43,527 bases of DNA from an uncultured Candidatus Saccharibacteria bacterium (GCA_964460875.1 CAYWQN010000002.1:1-43527); one strand, 5' to 3'; positions 18,163 to 28,141 are shown, numbered from the stretch's first letter. A program made the numbers and translations. Notes: generated from the sequence alone by a model not told the origin.

Positions 18163-19502
18163 TGATTCGTTCAGCTCTTCTCGCACTCCTATTCGCTGCA
18201 CTCCTTTTTTCACCGCTCTCGCACCCTGCGGCTATTCATGCCGATTCCGTCGATCAGATTCAGGCGCAGATAGACGAGATAAACGCGCAGCGCGCGGCGC
18301 TCGACAAAGAGATTGCCGGCTACCAGAAGCAGCTCACCGTCATCTCCGGACAGAAGCAGACCTTGCAGGGCGCCATACAAACCATCGACGTGTCCCGGAA
18401 TAAGACGGCGGCCCAGATTGCCGACATCCAGAAGAAGATAAAGGCGGCAACTTTGAAGCTCGACCAGCTCGGCATCCAGATAGGGGAGAAGGAGAACTCG
18501 ATCTCCTTGGATAAGTCGGCGATGGCGGCCTCTCTCCGCGCTATCGACCTCACCGACGACGCGACGCTCATCGAGCAGGTCCTCGCCGCAGACGATCTTG
18601 CCGACGCCTGGATAACCATCGACAACCTTTCGTCCCTGAACGTCGCGCTCGCCGCCCACCGCGCCGCGCTGTCTGAGGCGAAAGTCGTGCTCGCAAGCCA
18701 GAAAGATGCCGTGACGTCCACGAAGACGGAGCTGTCGAGCGCAAACGTGGACCTTGGAAACCAGAAGAAAGCGCTCGACGTACAGAAGGCGGCGAAGGCG
18801 ACGCTTCTTGATCAGACGAAGTCCACTGAGGCGGCGTATCAAGAACTCATCGCCAAGAAGCGTGCGCAGCAGGCACAGTTTGAAGCAGCGCTCTCACAGC
18901 TTGAAGACAGTCTCACTACGGTGGTCGACTCTACCCAAATTGCCGCAGCAGGGTCAGGCGTGTTGAAGTGGCCATTCTCAGACGCTTTCATGGCAGGATG
19001 CGCTGCGAAGCAGGGAGCACTCGGCAACATTTGGTGCGTCACCCAGTACTTCGGGAACACTTCTTTCTCTACCGCTAATCCGCAGATATATAACGGTTCG
19101 GGGCATAACGCGATAGATATTGGTGTGCCCACCGGGACTCCGGTAGAAGCGTCCCTTGCCGGAACCGTTATGGATACTGGTAACACTGACTCGGTTCCTG
19201 GCTGCTATTCGTTTGGTAAGTGGGTAGTGATAAAGCACTCGAACGGCCTTGCCACCCTCTACGCCCACCTTTCCTCTATTCAAGTTAGCGCAGGACAGTC
19301 GGTCTCCACCGGTTCTGTAATCGGGTACTCAGGCATGACTGGCTACGCTACCGGTCCTCACCTCCACTTTGGCGTATATGCTGCACAAGGTATTCAGATA
19401 CTTACGCTTGCACAGTACCGAGGTGCCACGAGTCCATGTGCGAACGCAAAGATGCCGGTAGCTCCGAAGGATGCGTATCTTAACCCGATGTCGTATCTAT
19501 AA
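18162..19502 (+). CDS. Coiled-coil M23 metallopeptidase (EnvC-like murein hydrolase/activator)
   Basis: Signal peptide, about 250 aa of Q/A/K-rich coiled coil, then M23 motifs HNAIDIG, LYAHLS and GPHLHFGVY. The ATG overlaps the gltX stop. TGCTATACT lies 6 nt upstream. Confidence 0.85.
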   Translation: MIRSALLALLFAALLFSPLSHPAAIHADSVDQIQAQIDEINAQRAALDKEIAGYQKQLTVISGQKQTLQGAIQTIDVSRNKTAAQIADIQKKIKAATLKLDQLGIQIGEKENSISLDKSAMAASLRAIDLTDDATLIEQVLAADDLADAWITIDNLSSLNVALAAHRAALSEAKVVLASQKDAVTSTKTELSSANVDLGNQKKALDVQKAAKATLLDQTKSTEAAYQELIAKKRAQQAQFEAALSQLEDSLTTVVDSTQIAAAGSGVLKWPFSDAFMAGCAAKQGALGNIWCVTQYFGNTSFSTANPQIYNGSGHNAIDIGVPTGTPVEASLAGTVMDTGNTDSVPGCYSFGKWVVIKHSNGLATLYAHLSSIQVSAGQSVSTGSVIGYSGMTGYATGPHLHFGVYAAQGIQILTLAQYRGATSPCANAKMPVAPKDAYLNPMSYL

Positions 19503-19525
19503 GCTTTTATTTACTCCTCAAGAAA

Positions 19526-19562
19526 ATAAAAAGGCTGTCGATTTTGGTCGACAGCCTTTTCT
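19526..19562. terminator. Bidirectional intrinsic terminator
   Basis: 11-bp stem AAGGCTGTCGA / TCGACAGCCTT flanked by A and T runs, between convergent genes. Confidence 0.75.
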
Positions 19563-19577
19563 GGTTGTTATGAGCAA

Positions 19578-19781
19578 TTACGGAAGCAACCTGAGAAGCT
19601 TCTTGCGGAGCAGTGCAACGTTTGCATCCGCAATAACTTGAGATTCGCCTCCCGCTCCATGCATGACGGCGAAGTCGCGCGCCAACACGAATGCATCAAG
19701 TAATTTCTCACCTGACAAACCTGCCAGATCGCTTTCTGCAAGTTCCTTGCCGTCTTCGATGGTCTTTTGGATATTCTTCAT
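19578..19781 (-). CDS. Hypothetical protein (67 aa)
   Basis: ORF with a GGAGAG-type ribosome-binding site before the MKNIQK start. The track start 19796 is 5 codons upstream. No family recognised. Confidence 0.45.
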   Translation of the reverse strand: MKNIQKTIEDGKELAESDLAGLSGEKLLDAFVLARDFAVMHGAGGESQVIADANVALLRKKLLRLLP

Positions 19782-19883
19782 AGCCACTCTCCACAAACGA
19801 AGTCTGGACAGACCCTATCATATGTGTCAAAAGTTTTCCAACGAGCTAGGAGATTACTTAGTAGGTACTGATACACTCCTTTT

Positions 19884-20399
19884 ATGCGTATCGACATTGT
19901 TGGGGTGAGCGGAAGCGGGAAATCGACACTCGCATCGCGCCTTTCAAAGAAGTTGGGTATTCCTCATGTAGAAATTGACACCTTCTGGTTCGAGGCGGGA
20001 GGACGCCACGGCCCTCACGATACGCCGAATATAGACGCGGTACGGGCGCACATACGAAAGTCACTTACTGAAGCGCTTGCTCAGGATTCTTGGATATCAG
20101 ATGGCACGTACATACGAGAACAGGAGCAGATTGCACCCCTAGCGGATGTCATTCTTTTTCTCGATATACCACTCATTACACGACTCATCGCGCATACCCG
20201 TCGGACGTTTTTTGAACCAAAAAAGCATGCCCACCTCACGCTATGGGACCAACTTTCTTTTTATAAAGAAATCATCACTCGTACCTACCGCACTCGTCCA
20301 AAGTTACTGGCGTTTTTAAGTAACTACGCTGAGAAAACGGTTACTTTACGATCCTACAAAGAGATAGGTGCGTATGTCCGCGAGCTACCCGTAGTATAG
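19884..20399 (+). CDS. P-loop NTPase, adenylate-kinase/topology-modulation-like
   Basis: Walker A motif IVGVSGSGKSTL at the N-terminus, about 170 aa. TGATACACT lies 6 nt upstream of the ATG. Confidence 0.6.
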   Translation: MRIDIVGVSGSGKSTLASRLSKKLGIPHVEIDTFWFEAGGRHGPHDTPNIDAVRAHIRKSLTEALAQDSWISDGTYIREQEQIAPLADVILFLDIPLITRLIAHTRRTFFEPKKHAHLTLWDQLSFYKEIITRTYRTRPKLLAFLSNYAEKTVTLRSYKEIGAYVRELPVV

Positions 20400-21008
20400 C
20401 TACATATCACGCACTCTCCAAAGCACTCTGCACGCTATCGTTCGGTGAGGGCTCCATGCGAGCGCTATCTTCTCAAGCCTTTCTCGGGAAGGTTTTTTCA
20501 GGTTATACAAAGTTTCCATAGAGCGTGCGAGGCCTAAATCGCGCGAAGAGAAGATGTCGGAATGAGAGAGACCGAACATAAGGAACATCTCAGCGGTCCA
20601 CGGCCCTATGCCCCATACTGCTACCAAAGCTTCTGTTGCTTCTTCTGGAGTGCTTTTCCTCAGGGCTCCAAGGTTAAGTCCTCCTTGTACTGCTTTGGCG
20701 AGTTCTTTTAAGGTTTTCGTCTTGGCAGCAGAGAGTCCTGCTTTCCGTAAGCGGGGGAGCGATGCCTTTATGAGAGCGTCTGGTGAGACCGTGCCGCCAC
20801 ACACCTCTTGTACTCGTTTCCATATAGTGTCTGACGCCTTTACGGAAAGCTGCTGACTCACCACTGATTCACAAAGGCTATTAAAGAGGGCAGTAGGCCC
20901 CCGTAGAGGTTTACGGGCAGTGAGGTGCGCCTCCACCTTCTTCGCCGCCTTATAGAGGATAGGGTCCACCTTCTTAAAGTGAGCCAACGCAGCGGCAATA
21001 TCATGCAT
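20400..21008 (-). CDS. HhH-GPD DNA glycosylase (AlkA-like 3-methyladenine DNA glycosylase II family)
   Basis: Helix-hairpin-helix motif VWGIGPWTAEMFLMF followed by the catalytic Asp region (SSRDLGL). TATAAT (reverse complement of 21015-21020) lies 6 nt upstream of the ATG. Confidence 0.75.
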   Translation of the reverse strand: MHDIAAALAHFKKVDPILYKAAKKVEAHLTARKPLRGPTALFNSLCESVVSQQLSVKASDTIWKRVQEVCGGTVSPDALIKASLPRLRKAGLSAAKTKTLKELAKAVQGGLNLGALRKSTPEEATEALVAVWGIGPWTAEMFLMFGLSHSDIFSSRDLGLARSMETLYNLKKPSRERLEKIALAWSPHRTIACRVLWRVRDM

Positions 21009-21066
21009 GGGCGCATTATACCCACGAACGCTCTAGGACCCTCATAGGGCCGGTTATACTGAGCCT

Positions 21067-21261
21067 ATGATTAAGCTCATCATCTGGATAGTTATCGGCC
21101 TTCTGGCCCTCTCGTTCTTTGGCATATCGCTCCGGGCTATCGCCGGATCCCCAACGAATCAGGACAACATCCAGTTCCTGCTTACGACCCTTGAGCAGGG
21201 CTGGGACTATATCGTCGCGTGGGTCGCTGACCTTCTGAGCGTGTTTGATTTTGCGCAGTAG
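21067..21261 (+). CDS. Small hypothetical membrane protein (64 aa)
   Basis: N-terminal TM helix IIWIVIGLLALSFFGI. TATACT lies 6 nt upstream of the ATG. Confidence 0.5.
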   Translation: MIKLIIWIVIGLLALSFFGISLRAIAGSPTNQDNIQFLLTTLEQGWDYIVAWVADLLSVFDFAQ

Positions 21262-21262
21262 C

Positions 21263-21511
21263 ATGGAGGAGCGCAAACCTATTCCGGTTACCATCCCCGC
21301 CACCGCACTTCCGGCGTTTGCAAACGCCACCAAGGTTACTGTCTCTGATGACTCGGTCATTGTGCAGTTTGCATATGTTCGTCCTGGAGGTGCCAATGGC
21401 CAACTCATTTCTGAAGTGGTGTTGACCCCTAAGCACGCCATAAACTTCAGTCGCTCATTAGACGCGACGATAAAGAAGCATTTCACTCGTCATTTGGAAG
21501 CGGAGCCATAG
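21263..21511 (+). CDS. Hypothetical protein, DUF3467-like
   Basis: FANATKVTVSDDSVIVQFAYVRP...VVLTPKHAINFSRSLDATIKKH resembles the DUF3467 pattern as I recall it. ATG 21263 is preferred over the track TTG at 21245. Confidence 0.45.
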   Translation: MEERKPIPVTIPATALPAFANATKVTVSDDSVIVQFAYVRPGGANGQLISEVVLTPKHAINFSRSLDATIKKHFTRHLEAEP

Positions 21512-21524
21512 CCGAGGGCACCCG

Positions 21525-21533
21525 TGCTACACT
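21525..21533 (+). promoter_or_regulatory. Extended -10-like box TGCTACACT, 7 nt upstream of the response-regulator ATG
   Basis: The identical nonamer recurs at 28220-28228 upstream of the giant gene. Confidence 0.4.
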
Positions 21534-21540
21534 CCTTCGG

Positions 21541-22183
21541 ATGAAGATAGCGATAGTAGAAGATGAGCTCCGCCTCGCGCAGGTCCTCAAGCAGGGGCTC
21601 GAGTACGAGAATCATCGAGTGGACCTCTTCCACACCGCGAGCACCGCGCGCGAGCGGCTCGAATATTCAGGCAGCCTCTATGACCTCATCATACTCGACC
21701 TCATGCTCCCGGACGGGGACGGAACAGATGTCTGCTCCGGCATACGCGCTTCCGGCGTGCAGACGCCCGTATTAGTCTTGACCGCTCGGGACTCAACCGA
21801 AGACTAGGTGGCGCTGCTTGACCGCGGCGCAGACGATTTCCTCACCAAGCCATTCGATTTCGATGAGCTTCTGGCCCGAAGCCGGGCGCTTGCGCGCCGT
21901 GCAAACGACGGGCCGGCCGCTACCATCACCATAAGCGACGTCACCATAGTTCCGGAGCGGTTCGAGGTGCGCCGCAAGAACAAGATACTGCCTCTCACGG
22001 CGCGCGAGTTCGAGCTCCTTGCATATCTCGTGCGCAATCGCGGCAAGGTAGTGAAGCGCGAGGAACTACTTGCTAGGGTCTGGGGCCAGACGCAGGCCAC
22101 CACGAACGTAGTAGACGTACATATCCGCAATCTTCGGAAGAAACTCGACGAGCCGTTCGAAACGAAGCTCATACAAACCATTC

Positions 22184-22212
<29 letters not shown>
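21541..22212 (+). pseudogene. OmpR/PhoB-family response regulator interrupted by one in-frame TAG (21805-21807)
   Basis: The two track ORFs (21541-21807 and 21808-22212) are in the same frame. Read through, they give LTARDSTED*VALLDRGADDFLTKPF, a continuous receiver domain, followed by a winged-helix output domain (LTAREFELLAYLVRNRGKVV...HGVGYTI). Confidence 0.8.
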
Positions 22213-23164
<952 letters not shown>

Positions 23165-23259
23165 CGTTACTATCCCCACCTCGATATAAGCATTTATTAA
23201 TATTTCATTAATTTCATCACGTATACTTCAAAGTGCCCGAGTACTAACTTCGGCAATGG

Positions 23260-23988
23260 ATGAATCTATTCCCCTTATATACGAACAACACGAGGATACC
23301 GCAGGTATCTTCTAACGCGACGATACTAGCGAATCGTTACTCGTTCCGTCTTGTGCGCCGAGCGCCTGTTCTACGCGCCAAAGGGGAAGTAATTCACTCA
23401 CGAGTAGAAGTCCCTCCAGTCGAGCCGTTCCCGCCTACCGCTGTTGAGCCTCAGACCGCGCCGGAGATTGTACGGGTACAGGGAGTGGATGACGGGAAGC
23501 GCAGTTTCCTCAAGCTTGCGAGCGTCGTTGGACTCGGCGTTGTAGCTGCGTCGGCCCTACCGCAAAAAGCACAAGCGTATGTGATGGGGAGTGCACCAAC
23601 CTCAAGTGTGGTAGGTGTAAAGAATGCTTCGAATGTGCGGGTAAACCCTGCAACTCAAGAAACTCTTCAGGTACTTGTTGAAGGTAACTCGGTATTAAAG
23701 AAGACGATTAGTCTCTCAGGATCCGGGACCGTGCATACCCCTGCTTCAGGAAAAAAAGTACGCATCTATAACACCAAGTTCTCACTTGATGCCACGATGA
23801 CGAGCGTTTCCTTCCGCTTTACCTCAGGTGGCACCGATTTCGAGAAGTATGTAGCACCTCGTACCGGAGGCCTCTATGGCACGAACAACCATCCCAACTA
23901 TAAGGAAGGTGGGGTGGATGAGGTGGTGTACTGCTCGATAAGCGGCACCGGGAACGTGCAGATAAACATTGATTATTTAGAAGTGTAA
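23260..23988 (+). CDS. Hypothetical exported/membrane protein with a Tat-like KRSFLK signal-anchor segment and a C-terminal beta-rich domain
   Basis: Residues 78-106 read DGKRSFLKLASVVGLGVVAASALPQKAQA (nt 23491-23577), which compares with the Tat consensus S/T-R-R-x-F-L-K plus h-region plus AxA. First gene of a tightly spaced operon ending in tatC-tatA. The start codon is uncertain because an 80-aa N-terminal extension precedes the signal. Confidence 0.6.
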   Translation: MNLFPLYTNNTRIPQVSSNATILANRYSFRLVRRAPVLRAKGEVIHSRVEVPPVEPFPPTAVEPQTAPEIVRVQGVDDGKRSFLKLASVVGLGVVAASALPQKAQAYVMGSAPTSSVVGVKNASNVRVNPATQETLQVLVEGNSVLKKTISLSGSGTVHTPASGKKVRIYNTKFSLDATMTSVSFRFTSGGTDFEKYVAPRTGGLYGTNNHPNYKEGGVDEVVYCSISGTGNVQINIDYLEV

Positions 23989-23998
23989 TCTTATTACT

Positions 23999-26407
23999 AT
24001 GGCAAAACGAGTCACCGAGCATCTGTTCACTGGAGGCACCGTCATGTACGACGCGTACGACTCGACGAAAACTGTGCTCGGCGACCTCATCCGCCAACAA
24101 ACAGGCGCGGCATCCACTGACAAATACGCCGGTCCAACAAAAGTAGCTGTTGCCCGACCGAACGAAACGTCGGTAGCGGTTCCAGGCATCTACCCTCACG
24201 TCGTACGCTGGTCGGATAAATCAGGCTATTACATAACGGGCACCGTAGCGGTATCAGGCACCGCCGTCACCGGGTCCAGCACCGCGTGGCTCGCTGCGGG
24301 CGTGCCAGTGAATGCACGCATAGGCTTCGGTACTACCGACCCGGTAGCGGTAACGACCTGGTACAACATCGTGGCCATCCCTTCAGACACCTCACTGACG
24401 CTCGACGGATCTGCCGGCACCATAGCGGGCGGCACCTCGTTTGTTATTGATATGAACTACAACGTTGACTGGGTATTTCTAGCCGACGGTGCCGCAACCG
24501 CTGCAACAAGACGTATCACCTGCTTTGAATATCGCCGCGGTCTATCAATCTTCACCTGGAAAGGATTCATTACGCAGACGTATCCGACTGCCACGAACCA
24601 CACGATTACCGGTATGCGCGCCGTGTACGCGAAGTACACGACCGGCACCGTGGGAGTTTCCACCGCAACGGTAACGGGGAGCAGCACCACCTGGAGCGCT
24701 GACCGCATCAACATTGGCTCCCGCATCGGATTTGGTTCGTCCGACCCCACCCAGATATCTACCTGGTATTACATCAATGCCGTAGGGTCCGACACCTCAA
24801 TCACTATTCAAAACAACGTCACCGCTTCTGGTACCGGCGGCGTCGCATCGAACCTCTCAATATCCTCCGGCACCGCATACGTCATCGAGGACCTGCGCAT
24901 TCTCACTACCACAACAAACGCTACAGCCACCAACGGCGGACTCTTCATGTCCGCTGGCATGTCGCAGGATGACTTTACCCCTGCGGGCACCACTATTGCT
25001 GCAGCGGTGACCACTGACAAAGTAAAAGCAGTGTACTGGCTTGCCGATGCCTCAACCGTCACCAACGACGCGAACTCAGGCCTTGCGCTTGACGATCGGG
25101 ATAGTTGGACCCAGCAGTACTGCTACGTCATTGAGCGCGTCGCCGCGACCACGCCGTCAATATACAAATACAATTTCCGCACTGCGCTTGCGTCAATATC
25201 TGCCGGGAAAACTACCTCTGCGTTCGTGTTTGCAACCGGCATCCAGACCGTTACCGGTAACACATCAGCAACTAACAACGGCCGTGTCGGCACACTTTCC
25301 CACGGCCCGGCTTCCGGAATAAAGTCTCTCTTCTTCGCAACGACTTCGCGCATTTACCGCGTTGCAATCGGAAATATAGTAAACGGTTCGACCACATTTC
25401 TTTCTGACGCCATGGTGGAAGTACCGACCGGAGGCACCGGAACCTTTACGGCCACCGGCGCATTAACCGGCGTTGAAATTTCAGACCAGATTGACCGCCT
25501 TATCGTAACCTCAACGGGAGCTGCGGGCGTGAGAAGCTACGTAACCAAGTACAACACTAACTCCGATCCTTTCGACCATATCTTCCTGATTGACTCTAAG
25601 CAAATAGATCAGGCGGCAGCTGACTCAAGCTCAGTGCCACACCCCAACATCCAGGCCGGTATCATGAACGTCTGGTCAGAAGAAGGACTCACGTACATAA
25701 GCCGCGCCGGCACCACTTCGCTTACAAACGCACTCTACGCCGTGCCGCTTGGCGCTGATTGGTCCTATGCCGACGGCACGGTAAAACAGCGGCTTTACAC
25801 CCCATCCCTAGCGACGCCTAATGCGGTTAAGTATTCGCGTGCGTATGTAAATAATGCGCAATACTTGGGAGAAGATAATCTCACGCTTCCGACCGAACCG
25901 ATGCGCATGTATTACCGAACTTCGGGTATAAGCGATAACAGCGGCTCATGGACGCTCATCGACCAAACGGGGGACCTTTCCGGTGTTGATGGCGCGGCCG
26001 CCATACAGTTCGCAATTGAGTTCCGCACGATTGGTACGTTCTGTTTACCAACTCGCGTGTTTAACGTATGTGTTGTATATGAAGACAACACGACCGATAG
26101 CCATTACCAGCCATCGGTAGCGTTCTCTTCAACCACTGCTAAGCAGTTCGCATGGCGCTTCTCGACTGCCTTTGGCGGCACTGTGCCTACCTTGCAGATA
26201 CAGCTGTTCGACGCAGTTTCAGGAAGCCTCCTACTCACCGATGACAGCGCAACTCCAACGGGAACCTGGGAAAAATCTACAAACGATGGGGGAGCGTGGG
26301 GCGCGTACAATACCACTGACAAGGGAAATGATACGACCTATATCCGCTACACGCCGGCTGCTCTTGGCGACGATGTGAAAGTGCGTGCCCTCCTTACCCA
26401 AGCCTAA
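23999..26407 (+). CDS. Hypothetical 802-aa Thr/Ser/Gly/Ala-rich protein with an internal duplicated module and no signal peptide
   Basis: Long uninterrupted ORF 10 nt after the upstream stop. Duplicated GTVxVSxTxVTGSSTxW...RIGFG...WYxI...SDTS(L/I)T module at residues 78-151 and 212-298. Confidence 0.75.
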   Translation: MAKRVTEHLFTGGTVMYDAYDSTKTVLGDLIRQQTGAASTDKYAGPTKVAVARPNETSVAVPGIYPHVVRWSDKSGYYITGTVAVSGTAVTGSSTAWLAAGVPVNARIGFGTTDPVAVTTWYNIVAIPSDTSLTLDGSAGTIAGGTSFVIDMNYNVDWVFLADGAATAATRRITCFEYRRGLSIFTWKGFITQTYPTATNHTITGMRAVYAKYTTGTVGVSTATVTGSSTTWSADRINIGSRIGFGSSDPTQISTWYYINAVGSDTSITIQNNVTASGTGGVASNLSISSGTAYVIEDLRILTTTTNATATNGGLFMSAGMSQDDFTPAGTTIAAAVTTDKVKAVYWLADASTVTNDANSGLALDDRDSWTQQYCYVIERVAATTPSIYKYNFRTALASISAGKTTSAFVFATGIQTVTGNTSATNNGRVGTLSHGPASGIKSLFFATTSRIYRVAIGNIVNGSTTFLSDAMVEVPTGGTGTFTATGALTGVEISDQIDRLIVTSTGAAGVRSYVTKYNTNSDPFDHIFLIDSKQIDQAAADSSSVPHPNIQAGIMNVWSEEGLTYISRAGTTSLTNALYAVPLGADWSYADGTVKQRLYTPSLATPNAVKYSRAYVNNAQYLGEDNLTLPTEPMRMYYRTSGISDNSGSWTLIDQTGDLSGVDGAAAIQFAIEFRTIGTFCLPTRVFNVCVVYEDNTTDSHYQPSVAFSSTTAKQFAWRFSTAFGGTVPTLQIQLFDAVSGSLLLTDDSATPTGTWEKSTNDGGAWGAYNTTDKGNDTTYIRYTPAALGDDVKVRALLTQA

Positions 26408-26409
26408 TT

Positions 26410-27030
26410 ATGATTACTATCTCAAAGGGTGATCGTGTCGCGGGACTTCCCGACCTCATAGTGTCCTCTCCGTCGGGAGAGTACGCAGACGTAGACCTTA
26501 TTCTCTGTGCGCGGAAGGACGCGCCGAACTTCGACGCCGCCATGTACCAAGCGCAGTTTATCCGGTACGGAGAAGTCGTCTATCAGCACGAGACACCGGA
26601 AGCGCTTGGAGCGGTGCTTGTCGCCATTGATCCAGAATCCACTCATGATGCTGCGCAGCTGTGGCGGGAAGAAGAGAAGCGTCGCATCGCACGTGAAGGC
26701 GGTACTCTAGTGCCAGAAGATCAAACTCCTGCACCCGATGCCGTTGAACCTCAGACAACTATTCCTGAGGAAGAAGAGGACGACGTGAAGTTCTTTAAAG
26801 AGAAAGAGGAAGAAGCAGCTACTACCACACCAGATGAAGCGGTGCCGGACAGAGAAATCCCTGTCATTGATATTGAAGAACCGCCACTCGGCGAGGTGGG
26901 TGGTGCAGCATCTTCTACAGAGCCAATCGCCGATCCTTCAGTCCCCGTCATACAAATTGACGAGCCAGTGGTGACTCCTCCAGTTGAAGATGTGCCAGCG
27001 CTCGATATGTCGAGCACAACACCGCAATAG
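26410..27030 (+). CDS. Hypothetical acidic protein (206 aa) with a Pro/Glu/Thr-rich disordered tail
   Basis: Starts 2 nt after the previous stop. The C-terminal half is low complexity (EEEEDD, EKEEEAATTTPDE, repeated PVI(D/Q)I(E/D)EP). Confidence 0.6.
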   Translation: MITISKGDRVAGLPDLIVSSPSGEYADVDLILCARKDAPNFDAAMYQAQFIRYGEVVYQHETPEALGAVLVAIDPESTHDAAQLWREEEKRRIAREGGTLVPEDQTPAPDAVEPQTTIPEEEEDDVKFFKEKEEEAATTTPDEAVPDREIPVIDIEEPPLGEVGGAASSTEPIADPSVPVIQIDEPVVTPPVEDVPALDMSSTTPQ

Positions 27031-27032
27031 CC

Positions 27033-27215
27033 ATGGCGCTAACCGATATCGACTTTAACGAAGGAGAAGGACAAGATTTCATCGTCGAGCTTGCGACTGG
27101 AACTCTGGGTACGCCGGGAGATATTCTGGTCGAAGCAGGGAGCGATGCGTATCTTCTCCTAGAAACCCCAGCAGGGCAGGGAGGCGGGGATGAAATATTC
27201 ATCATAAACGACTAA
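27033..27215 (+). CDS. Hypothetical small acidic protein (60 aa)
   Basis: Starts 2 nt after the previous stop, in operon context only. Confidence 0.45.
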   Translation: MALTDIDFNEGEGQDFIVELATGTLGTPGDILVEAGSDAYLLLETPAGQGGGDEIFIIND

Positions 27216-27238
27216 CCAGGTCTGGTATCCTTCAGGGC

Positions 27239-27970
27239 ATGGACGATTCAGCGCCGATTACGGAACGCTATGGCGAGTATCTTGAAGAGCTACGGCGCAG
27301 ACTCTACCGTCTTGCGCTTATCTTCGTCGCTTCTTTCTTCATAGGAGTTGGTTCTACCAGTATCTTGCTGCCTTTTTTCGTAACACTCTTCTCTGTGCCG
27401 GGAGTGACCATCATTGCCACCTCGCCGTTTCAACTTCTTGAACTGACGATGAATACCGGTTTTTTCTCGGCGATAGCGCTTACCCTTCCGTTTGCGCTTC
27501 GTGAAGTCTATGCCTTTCTCCACGACGCGCTCTTACCACGTGAACGGCGTCTTATTTTCTGGTACATTCCGCTCGCCCTTCTTCTCTTCGCCGCCGGCTT
27601 TACCTACGGATTTGCGATTATGTATTACGCTATCGTGGTCATCGCGAACGTCAACATCGGGTTCGGTATCACTAATCTCTGGAATATTACCCAATTCATC
27701 TCACAAATCCTTATCACGGCAGCACTCCTCGGCGTCATCTTCGAGCTTCCGTTAATCCTTTCTGGCCTTATCCAGCTCGGCGTGTTGTCGGTAGACTACC
27801 TGCGCCGTCATCGTCGCATCGCATATGCAGGGATATTCATCTTTGTTGCTTTACTTCCCCCAACCGACGGGCTATCCTTCCTGGTGATGTCCCTTCCGCT
27901 TGTGGCGCTCTACGAAGTGACGATTGCCGTCAATTCGTTCCGCCGCCGGAAAGAACTCTTAACAATATAA
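27239..27970 (+). CDS. tatC: Twin-arginine translocase subunit TatC
   Basis: 243 aa. N-terminal EYLEELRRRL helix followed by six hydrophobic segments, and the LLPPTDG motif typical of TatC. TGGTATCCT lies 7 nt upstream. Confidence 0.85.
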   Translation: MDDSAPITERYGEYLEELRRRLYRLALIFVASFFIGVGSTSILLPFFVTLFSVPGVTIIATSPFQLLELTMNTGFFSAIALTLPFALREVYAFLHDALLPRERRLIFWYIPLALLLFAAGFTYGFAIMYYAIVVIANVNIGFGITNLWNITQFISQILITAALLGVIFELPLILSGLIQLGVLSVDYLRRHRRIAYAGIFIFVALLPPTDGLSFLVMSLPLVALYEVTIAVNSFRRRKELLTI

Positions 27971-27982
27971 TTTTTGGTACCT

Positions 27983-28141
27983 ATGTTTGGACTCGGCTCG
28001 AATGAACTCATCATCATCGCGGTCATTCTCGTACTTTTGTTTGGTGCCACCCGCATCCCAGCGCTCACGAAAGGAGTAGCAGACGCTATTCGCACACTGC
28101 GCGGTGCATTCAAAGACGAAGACAAAAACAAGAAGGTATAG
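27983..28141 (+). CDS. tatA: Twin-arginine translocase subunit TatA/E (52 aa; below the ORF-track cutoff)
   Basis: Hand translation MFGLGSNELIIIAVILVLLFGATRIPALTKGVADAIRTLRGAFKDEDKNKKV matches the TatA pattern: MFGxGxxELxxIxxxxxLLFG, then an amphipathic helix with GxxxxxFK. TAG stop at 28139-28141. Confidence 0.8.
   Translation: MFGLGSNELIIIAVILVLLFGATRIPALTKGVADAIRTLRGAFKDEDKNKKV

Noticed and set aside
21805-21807. Genome-wide TAG (or TGA) reassignment as the explanation for the in-frame stop
   Set aside because: TAG terminates several well-supported genes here (the first kinase fragment, lysS, tatA, the first cohesin gene). TGA and TAA also act as stops at conserved C-termini.
23260-27215. 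Prophage or viral structural-gene cassette (beta-rich small protein, large Thr/Ser-rich protein with a fibre-like duplicated module)
   Set aside because: The window has no terminase, portal, integrase, capsid protease or tail-tube genes. The genes are operonic with tatC-tatA. This is kept only as a structural-similarity remark.
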